Shown here one piece after another: positions 57,304 through 64,000 of a stretch of 64,000 nucleotides of DNA; position 1 is the stretch's first letter, and the number at the start of each line of letters is the position of its first letter. The position numbers were made by a program, and so were the translations under genes. The notes below the pieces were generated by a model, which searched no databases, was not told where the DNA came from, and saw nothing but the letters and a program-made list of their open reading frames with translations. Source of the DNA: Planctomycetota bacterium (GTDB lineage Bacteria > Planctomycetota > SZUA-567 > H5-PLA8); contig JBBRPR010000045.1 in the NCBI GenBank assembly GCA_038227875.1, positions 8,403 to 72,402 of the forward strand, written 5' to 3'.

Positions 57304-58407
57304 ATGAATAAAGTGGGCATTTTGACGGGCGGCGGCGACGCTCCGGGCTTGAACGCGGTGATCCGCGCAACGGTGATCCGCCTCGCAAAGGAAAACAAGA
57401 ACTACCAGTGTGTCGGCCTGGTGGACGGCTGGGCGGGTTTGCGCGACAACGTGACCGTGCCGCTGGAGCCGCACAAGGTCGATTCGATTCTGCATGAGGG
57501 CGGCACGATTCTCGGCACGTCCCGCACGAATCTGTTCAAGAAACCCGAAGACGTCAAAAAAGCCGTCGACGTCTACAACAAGCTCGAGCTCGATGCGCTC
57601 GTCGCCATCGGCGGCGACGACACGCTCGAGATCGGTTACTACCTGAATCGCGACTACGGCGTCAACACCGTCGGCGTACCGAAGACCATCGACAACGACG
57701 TCATGGGCACCGACTTCACGTTCGGTTTCTGGTCGAGCGTCGAACAGGCCATGCGCGCGATTGACGATCTGCGCGTGACGACCATGAGCCATCATCGTGT
57801 CATGGTGATCGAATGCATGGGCCGCCACGCCGGCTGGATCACCGCCTACACCGGCCTGGCCAGCGAAGCCGATTACATCGCCGTGCCGGAAAAGCAGGTC
57901 AGCATTCAGGAGATCGCCAAGGAAGTGAAGCACGGCCGCAGCCTGGGCAAGCTCCACAGCATCGTCGTCGTCGCGGAAGGCGCCTCGATCTCCGGCATCG
58001 AAGTCAAGCCGCGCATCGTTAAGAACACCACCGACGGCGGCTGGACACTCTCCGAGAAAGTCGAACGCGACAGCTTCGGCAACGTGATCATGAAGCCCGG
58101 CGAAGTGGCCGAAGCCGTCGCCACTGAACTGGAAAAGATCACCGGCCTGGAAACTCGCGCCATCGCGCTGGGACATCTGCAGCGCGGCGGTTCGCCGTGC
58201 GCTTACGACCGCATCCTCGGCACGCGCTACGGCGTCAAGGCGGCCGAAGCCGTGATCAAAAAGCACTACGGCCACATGGTCGTGCTGCAGGGCTTGAAGG
58301 TCGAGACGCTGCCGATGAAGGGCATGGTCCGCGAAACACAGGGCGAGAAGAAGCGCTACAAGTACCTGCCCGACGAATTCCTGGATCTGGCCGAAGTGTT
58401 CTATTGA
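57304..58407 (+). CDS. pfkA: 6-phosphofructokinase, PfkA family (PPi-type signature)
   Basis: TGGGDAPGLN, GGTILGTSR, AIGGDDT, GVPKTIDND, ECMGRHAG, LGHLQRGG. Confidence 0.92.
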   Translation: MNKVGILTGGGDAPGLNAVIRATVIRLAKENKNYQCVGLVDGWAGLRDNVTVPLEPHKVDSILHEGGTILGTSRTNLFKKPEDVKKAVDVYNKLELDALVAIGGDDTLEIGYYLNRDYGVNTVGVPKTIDNDVMGTDFTFGFWSSVEQAMRAIDDLRVTTMSHHRVMVIECMGRHAGWITAYTGLASEADYIAVPEKQVSIQEIAKEVKHGRSLGKLHSIVVVAEGASISGIEVKPRIVKNTTDGGWTLSEKVERDSFGNVIMKPGEVAEAVATELEKITGLETRAIALGHLQRGGSPCAYDRILGTRYGVKAAEAVIKKHYGHMVVLQGLKVETLPMKGMVRETQGEKKRYKYLPDEFLDLAEVFY

Positions 58408-58450
58408 TTCAAACCGGATTCACATTAATATCGTAATACATTGCAAGCGC

Positions 58451-58486
58451 AAAAGGGCGCTCCCGAGTGGGCGCCCTTTTTCTTTT
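58451..58486 (+). terminator. Intrinsic terminator after pfk
   Basis: AAAAGGGCGCTC..GGGCGCCCTTTTTCTTTT. Confidence 0.8.
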
Positions 58487-58513
58487 CGTGCCGACTTCAC
58501 TCAGGAGAACTCG

Positions 58514-59278
58514 ATGCATTCCAAGCGTCTCATCGCCACCGTCCTTTTCACCGCAACCCTGATGTCATCCCGCGCCTTTGCCGCCGTCGCCGTCGCCGTC
58601 GATGCTCCCGCCGCCGTGACGCCCGACCAGGCGCTCACCGCGCTGAAGGACGGCAACGCCCGCTTCGTCGACGCCAAGACCAGTGCCCCGCGCCGTGACG
58701 CCGCCCGCCGCGCCGAAACCGTGAAGAACGGGCAGCATCCGGTCGCCACGCTGATCGCCTGCTCCGATTCGCGCGAACCGGTGGAGATCATCTTCGATCA
58801 GGGCATCGGCGATCTGTTCGTCGTCCGCGTCGCGGGCAACGTTGCCAACACCGATGAAATCGGCTCCGCCGAATACGGCACCTCGCATCTGGGCGCGCCG
58901 CTGCTGATCGTTCTCGGCCACACCGAATGCGGCGCCGTCACCGCCGTCGCCACGCACGCCGAAGTACACGGCAGCATCCCCGCACTGGTCGCCCCGATTC
59001 AACCCGCCGTCGACAAGGCGCAGAAGGAACACCCCGACCTGAAGGGCAAGGAACTGGTCCCCGCCGCGATCGAAGCCAACGTCTTCCAGTCGATCGAAGA
59101 CCTGCTCAAGCACAGCGAGATGACGCGCAAACTCGTCGCCGGCAACAAGCTTCGCATCGAAGGCGCCGTCTATGACCTCAGCACCGGCAGCGTGAAGTGG
59201 CTCGGCGCCCATCCGCAGCAGAAGGCGCTGCTGGAGACCGTCGAGAAGACGCGCGAACTGGAACCCGCACATCACTAA
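58514..59278 (+). CDS. Beta-class carbonic anhydrase with a signal peptide
   Basis: ACSDSRE, DLFVVRVAGN, LGHTECGAV; N-terminal MHSKRLIATVLFTATLMSSRAFA. Confidence 0.92.
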   Translation: MHSKRLIATVLFTATLMSSRAFAAVAVAVDAPAAVTPDQALTALKDGNARFVDAKTSAPRRDAARRAETVKNGQHPVATLIACSDSREPVEIIFDQGIGDLFVVRVAGNVANTDEIGSAEYGTSHLGAPLLIVLGHTECGAVTAVATHAEVHGSIPALVAPIQPAVDKAQKEHPDLKGKELVPAAIEANVFQSIEDLLKHSEMTRKLVAGNKLRIEGAVYDLSTGSVKWLGAHPQQKALLETVEKTRELEPAHH

Positions 59279-59314
59279 CGCGCGCGATCGCATTACTTTT
59301 TCTTGAGTACAGAG

Positions 59315-59338
59315 AAGGCGCTTTCGAAGCGCCTTTTC
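59315..59338 (+). terminator. Intrinsic terminator after carbonic anhydrase
   Basis: AAGGCGCTT-TCG-AAGCGCCTT followed by a T-rich tract. Confidence 0.7.
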
Positions 59339-59378
59339 CATCTTTTCACACCTGCCGCGGTCCCGTACGATTCACGCC

Positions 59379-60134
59379 ATGGAGAACCCGGCCCCGGAAG
59401 TCACACCGCCGCCGACCGCGCAAACCGCTCCCACCGTTGCGCCCGTTGCGCCTGCGACAGAACTCCCGTTGGGAGCGGTGCCCACCGACACGCTTCCCGC
59501 GCTGCCGCAGCGCACGCGCCGGCAGACCACCATACTCGGCGGTGAGATTTTCGCCGCCGGCGCGTTGCTCGCCTCGCTCATGTACCTCACCGCCAAAATC
59601 CTGATCGACGTCCACACCTTGAACCTCCCGCTCGTGCTGATGGCGTCCTATGTTTCCGCTCCCCTCTCCGGCGCCCTCGGCGCCGTCCTCGCCTTCCGCG
59701 TGCACCGTTTCGCGTTGAACAGAAAAGTTCCCGAGATTTCGCCCTGGGTCTGGATCGCGCTGTTTTTCGTCTTCGGCTGGGTCAACCTCGTGTTGTTCTT
59801 TACGCATTTCATGCATCAACGCGTGCTGGAACGCGGCGAACGCTGGGTGAAATTCGCGATTCTCTATTTTTTAGCCGCCGTCGGAATCTGCATTTTCGGA
59901 GCCACCACGCGGACCGATTGGGTCGCGGCGGTTTCGGTGCTCACCGCCGCGGGTGCGATGTGCTTCTGCTGCAACACACTGCTCATCAACGTCGTTCAAA
60001 CCCTGGCCAGCAGAAAACAGCTCGCGCCGCTCCCCAGCGAAAATTTTCAATTCTCGCTCGGCTCGCTCTTCATCGTCGTCTTCTGCAGCGCCGCATGGGT
60101 CACCGGCCTCGTGGCGATGCTGAAAAGACACTGA
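59379..60134 (+). CDS. Hypothetical integral membrane protein
   Basis: About six hydrophobic segments after a Pro-rich N-terminus. Confidence 0.7.
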   Translation: MENPAPEVTPPPTAQTAPTVAPVAPATELPLGAVPTDTLPALPQRTRRQTTILGGEIFAAGALLASLMYLTAKILIDVHTLNLPLVLMASYVSAPLSGALGAVLAFRVHRFALNRKVPEISPWVWIALFFVFGWVNLVLFFTHFMHQRVLERGERWVKFAILYFLAAVGICIFGATTRTDWVAAVSVLTAAGAMCFCCNTLLINVVQTLASRKQLAPLPSENFQFSLGSLFIVVFCSAAWVTGLVAMLKRH

Positions 60135-60142
60135 TCACGCCG

Positions 60143-61342
60143 TCACTTGCCCGACGCGCGCACCGTCAAATCCTTCCGCGCGAGAAACTCCGGCTTTAGC
60201 TTCGTGCCCAGCCCCGGCCCGAACTCCAGCCACGCCTTCCCTTCGCGCAGCGGCACCGGCTCGGTGACGATGTCGCGGTAGTACCCTTCGCAGAACCCGC
60301 GCACCGTCTCCATGATCATCGCGTTGGGCATCGCCGCGCAGAGATGCAGACACGCGAACACGTTCACCGGACCCGTGCAATCGTGCGGCGCGAACCCGAG
60401 ATGATACGCGTCCGCCAGCGTCGCGATCTTCACGCCTTCGGTGATGCCGCCCGTCCAGATCAGATCCGGCATGACGATGTGGGCCGCGCGAGCCTCCAGC
60501 ACTTCGCGGAACGCATTCTTGGTAAAGAGCCGCTCGCTGACGCACTGCGGCACGCGCGATTCGTTCACCAGCCGCGCCAGGTCCGCGACGCAGTCGGGCT
60601 GAATCATGTCCTCCATCCACGCCAGATTGTAGGGCTCAACCGCGCGCGCGATGCGCAGAGCGCAGTTAACGTTCCAGCGCGAATGTCCTTCCAGCGCGAT
60701 TTCGATTTTGTCGCCGACCGCCTTGCGGATCTCCTCGATCGTCCACAACCCTTTTTTCAATGTCTCCAGCGGCAACTCGTGTCCTGGCGGTCCGTACGCC
60801 GACCACCCCGCCGGCCCGACCACCGCGCCGCTGCTCATCTGCGGCGCGAAGCGGTCGAAGGGCCACACTTTCATCTGCCCGATGCCCTGAGCCACCAGCG
60901 ATTTTGCCAGTTCGCCGGGCCGTTCGCAGAAGCCATCCTGGTCGGCGTACTTCGGCGTGTTGACGCAGGTGTTGTAGATGCGGATCGACTCGCGGCATTT
61001 GCCGCCGAGCAAATTGTAGATTGGCTGCTTCAAAAACTGTCCGGCCAGATCCCACAGCGCAATATCCAGTGCCGAAATCGCGCGCATCTCCGCGCCCGCG
61101 TAGCCGAAGAAATTCGCGTACGAAAAAAGCTGCAGCCAATGGTTCTCGCGATCGAGCGCCGAACGCCCGATCAGGATCGGCGCCGCGAACTCATGCACAA
61201 TCGCCTCGATCGCCGCCGGCAGGTAAAACGTCTCCCCCAGCCCGATCAGCCCTTCCTTCGTGTGCACGTGAACCCAAATCGTATTCGGCTGATCCAGCGC
61301 GCGCACCGTTTCAATTTTGGTGATGATCAATTCGTTGTTCAT
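60143..61342 (-). CDS. Mandelate racemase/muconate lactonizing family enzyme (sugar-acid dehydratase-like)
   Basis: GLIGLGET, AISALDIALWDLAG..PIYNLLGG, EGHSRW, WMED, SERL, PHDC. Confidence 0.9.
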   Translation of the reverse strand: MNNELIITKIETVRALDQPNTIWVHVHTKEGLIGLGETFYLPAAIEAIVHEFAAPILIGRSALDRENHWLQLFSYANFFGYAGAEMRAISALDIALWDLAGQFLKQPIYNLLGGKCRESIRIYNTCVNTPKYADQDGFCERPGELAKSLVAQGIGQMKVWPFDRFAPQMSSGAVVGPAGWSAYGPPGHELPLETLKKGLWTIEEIRKAVGDKIEIALEGHSRWNVNCALRIARAVEPYNLAWMEDMIQPDCVADLARLVNESRVPQCVSERLFTKNAFREVLEARAAHIVMPDLIWTGGITEGVKIATLADAYHLGFAPHDCTGPVNVFACLHLCAAMPNAMIMETVRGFCEGYYRDIVTEPVPLREGKAWLEFGPGLGTKLKPEFLARKDLTVRASGK

Positions 61343-61476
61343 TCACAGCCCCCTCTTCAATAGGCATTGGCGTCTTCATACTCACGATAGCGATTCCCCG
61401 CCAGCGCGGGAACGGAGTCATTGATCCATTGGCTCTGTTCAGCTACTCCCATTTTCTTGCACTCGACTCCCAGGCA

Positions 61477-61759
61477 AGGGTGCCACTCGTCTGTCGTTTA
61501 GACGAGTGCCGAGATGGACACCGCGATTGCAATTTGGACAATCCCCGTCCTCTTGCAATCAGAACCGTAGGAGTGTGCCACTGGTGGCTTGGGTGATGTT
61601 ACAAAATGTTACCGAATGTTACATGGATTGCGGTCGGTTTTGAGTGGGTGCGGGATGGACGTTGCGGTTGCAAATTGGATCGTTGAAGACGGTCCGAATT
61701 TGCAAACACAGCGTCCATCCTGCACTCGTCTGAGAACAGCTTCAGACGAGTGGCACCCT
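61477..61759. repeat. Long inverted-repeat (REPIN/MITE-like) element
   Basis: AGGGTGCCACTCGTCTG (61477-61493) is inverted at 61743-61759. Each arm has an internal CACTCGTCT/AGACGAGTG hairpin, and arm similarity extends about 60 bp. Confidence 0.78.
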
Positions 61760-61929
61760 GGCGTGTGATTGGCGCAAGATGCTAGGCGAGGGCTATTTGG
61801 TTTTCAAAGAGCGAGCATTGCACGGACAGGTTTTGTTAATGGCCGGCGCTTCGAAAATCGAGAGCGCTTCGCACGGATGAGCGGACCTTTTCGCTGCGCT
61901 CTAAGGTCCGCGCATCCTTGGCACCAAGG

Positions 61930-62868
61930 CTACCCGGGGCCGTGCGCGGCGGGGGGTGTGGCCTTGGTTTTACTGGTTTGGCTGTGCGTGGGGTTGGGGT
62001 TGGGGTTGGGGTTGGGGCTGGGGCTGGCGTTGGTTGTTTGGGCGGTGCTGGTTGTGGGACATCGGGGACTTGAGGTCTTTGTGGGTTGGCAGCGCGTGGT
62101 GGTGGCGCTGCGTTTCCAGGGTTTGGGCTTGGGTTTGTAGCTGGCGGGCTGGACGGTGATGCGAGCTTCGGCGGCGGCTTCGGCGCGCTTGACGCATTCG
62201 GCGGTCGCTTCTTCGACTTGGGATTTGATGGAGCGTGTCGGGTCGTAGTCTTTGAATTCCGGCAGCGTGTATTCGCGAGGTTCGGGTGCCTTCTTTGGCG
62301 TGCCGTCGTCGTTCACGGGGTTGGATTGCCAGTCGTGAACGTAGTCGGGCTGGGAGAGGGCGCAGGAACCGGGTGGGACACCGTCTTCTTCCGTTCCGGG
62401 ACGCTCGGCGCGATCGCCGGGCTTGCGGTCATTCGGGTGGAAGGAGACTTTTTCGACGGCGTCGGATTCCTGCAGGTCGGGGAGTTTGTCGTTGAGCAGG
62501 CTCGCGGGGTTCGGGAGCTTTGCGTTGAAGCCCATCAAATCCCAGAAGCGCGTCGTGTGACGCAGCAGTGTCATGGAACTCAGGCGACGTTCTGTGTCGG
62601 TGGTGTTGGCTTTGAGAATCATGTGGCGGAGTTGCTGGCCGGCTTCGAGGCCGCCTTCGACGAAGGTCTGGGCGGTAAGCTGAACTTGAACTCGCATGCC
62701 GGCCATGTTTTCGCCGACGGTCTTGTTCAGCGTCTGTTCAAATTCGGGGAGATTCTGCCAGCGGCAGAGGGTCTGGCGGCTGATGTCGAGTTGCTTGGCG
62801 ATATCGTTTGTGCCGTGTCCGAGTGCGAATAGGGCGACGGCGCGTTGTTGGTTGACGTGCAGGGCCAT
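61930..62868 (-). CDS. Hypothetical protein with an N-terminal HTH and a low-complexity tail
   Basis: NQQRAVALFALGHGTNDIAKQLDISRQTLCRWQNLPEF; GGAG RBS. 3' end uncertain. Confidence 0.65.
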   Translation of the reverse strand: MALHVNQQRAVALFALGHGTNDIAKQLDISRQTLCRWQNLPEFEQTLNKTVGENMAGMRVQVQLTAQTFVEGGLEAGQQLRHMILKANTTDTERRLSSMTLLRHTTRFWDLMGFNAKLPNPASLLNDKLPDLQESDAVEKVSFHPNDRKPGDRAERPGTEEDGVPPGSCALSQPDYVHDWQSNPVNDDGTPKKAPEPREYTLPEFKDYDPTRSIKSQVEEATAECVKRAEAAAEARITVQPASYKPKPKPWKRSATTTRCQPTKTSSPRCPTTSTAQTTNASPSPNPNPNPNPTHSQTSKTKATPPAAHGPG

Positions 62869-63366
62869 TGGGTGGCTCCTTTCATATTAGGGTTTTGTTC
62901 TACTGCATAATAATTACACCGTAGGATTGGGATGTCAATGGTTATTTTATTAAAAAACCGGGAAAATAATTATTAGGAATTAGAACGAGGTTATTCCGAG
63001 GGGGCGTGCGGCTCCCCCCTCACCCCGGTCTCGCTGCGCTCGTATATGACTCTTTCCATCTTGCGGGATAGCGGCGCCGCACGCTGACGTGTGCCAAGAC
63101 GCTTGCGTCGCGGATCGCGGTGCGCAAACCGGCGATCGGCATATTCTCTGTTTTTGTCAGTGACAATTTTGCTGTGCTTCGACGCAGTCCTGTATTTTAA
63201 ACATAGTTATCGGAAGGGAGCGAACAGGCTTTCCCGATGCACCTCACACTGGTCTCTTCCAGCAAATGGGCAAATTTTCATCGACTTGATCAAATCGATT
63301 GTCAACTTGTTAACTCCGCCTCATGAATAGCATCGAACAGTCAGTTTGGGAAACGATTCCGCCGTG

Positions 63367-64000
63367 TCATTGCTGTGATTGCGCGCTTTCGGATTTGCCC
63401 GGCGACGAGATGCCGCGGAGCAACGTCCAGTCGTAGGAAGGAAGCGTGCGTCCATCCTTAAGGCGGATCCCAATCGAATTGCCTGGTGACGAACCAGGCG
63501 CGACGATCGTGGTGCTGTGGACGGCGATGCTTTCGACGTCCGTGTCTTCGATCGGGGTGACTTCTCCGGGGTCGGAGACGCCATTGCCATTGAGGTCTCG
63601 CCAAATAGCCAGACCGTGAAGTTCGTTGCCGCTCAACACGCCATCGTGATTGTCATCAAGTGCCTCCAGCGCCTGGTAGCCATCGCGCCAGAATATCCAC
63701 CACGAGACCGAGCCAAACAATCTTCGCCCGGAATCGATGTGGCCGTCGTGGTGCGGATCCCAGACCAGAATGCACGCCTCGGACGTCAACCAAGGGCATT
63801 CTTCAGCCACGCCGTCGCCATCGAGATCAAAGTGAACAGTTTTGCCAGAGAGCAGGCCGGCTAGCCTGCATGTTGCATGAATCGAGGGCGATGCCGCTGA
63901 TTTTCGTGTAGAAGCGAGAATGTTTGCCCGGGCATCGTTGGGTCGAGTGACGTAATGTCGCGGCCGAGGTGAAAAGTCGTATTGTCGAAGTTGTCCGCCG
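63367..64000 (-). CDS. C-terminal part of a DxDGDG/EF-hand-like calcium-binding domain protein
   Basis: VHFDLDGDG..ILVWD..IDSGRRLFG..GYQALEALDDNHDGVLSG..IWRDLNGNGVSDPGE. The frame stays open to the right edge. Confidence 0.6.
   Translation of the reverse strand, partial: GGQLRQYDFSPRPRHYVTRPNDARANILASTRKSAASPSIHATCRLAGLLSGKTVHFDLDGDGVAEECPWLTSEACILVWDPHHDGHIDSGRRLFGSVSWWIFWRDGYQALEALDDNHDGVLSGNELHGLAIWRDLNGNGVSDPGEVTPIEDTDVESIAVHSTTIVAPGSSPGNSIGIRLKDGRTLPSYDWTLLRGISSPGKSESAQSQQ

Noticed and set aside
62869..63366. Small ORFs or RNA gene in the non-coding gap
   Set aside because: No RBS, motifs or tRNA-like fold; only a GC hairpin near 62998-63021.

Overview
High-GC bacterial chromosomal window with about 47 protein-coding genes. 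A Planctomycetota/PVC-type origin is inferred from the C-terminally extended ECF sigma factor, the orphan pseudopilin cassette, the ThiD2-ThiE fusion and many sugar-catabolic genes; this is not proven. No rRNA, tRNA, CRISPR array or transposase was seen. Ordinary content includes an omega-amino-acid catabolic cluster (XRE-cupin regulator, MmsA/IolA, class III aminotransferase, M20 peptidase), carbohydrate enzymes (xylose isomerase, GH78-like and two large GH-like proteins, oxidoreductases, enolase-family dehydratase), a DinG-type helicase, rhomboid, RsmB-type methyltransferase, NYN protein, ThiE, PFK and beta-carbonic anhydrase. Most notable: (1) an ECF sigma factor fused through a transmembrane helix to a ~620-aa transglutaminase-like (Cys-His-Asp) ectodomain, with a free-standing paralog of the same domain about 41 kb away; (2) a stand-alone G-H-I-J-K pseudopilin cassette with a 924-aa K-like subunit; (3) a translationally coupled membrane coiled-coil plus repeat lipoprotein pair with spanin/tether-like architecture; (4) a PilZ-MshEN-PilZ candidate c-di-GMP receptor; (5) several non-coding repeat families, including two REPIN-like elements and a fixed-geometry 28-5-28 double-palindrome present twice. 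All calls come from reading motifs by eye; no database searches were run.
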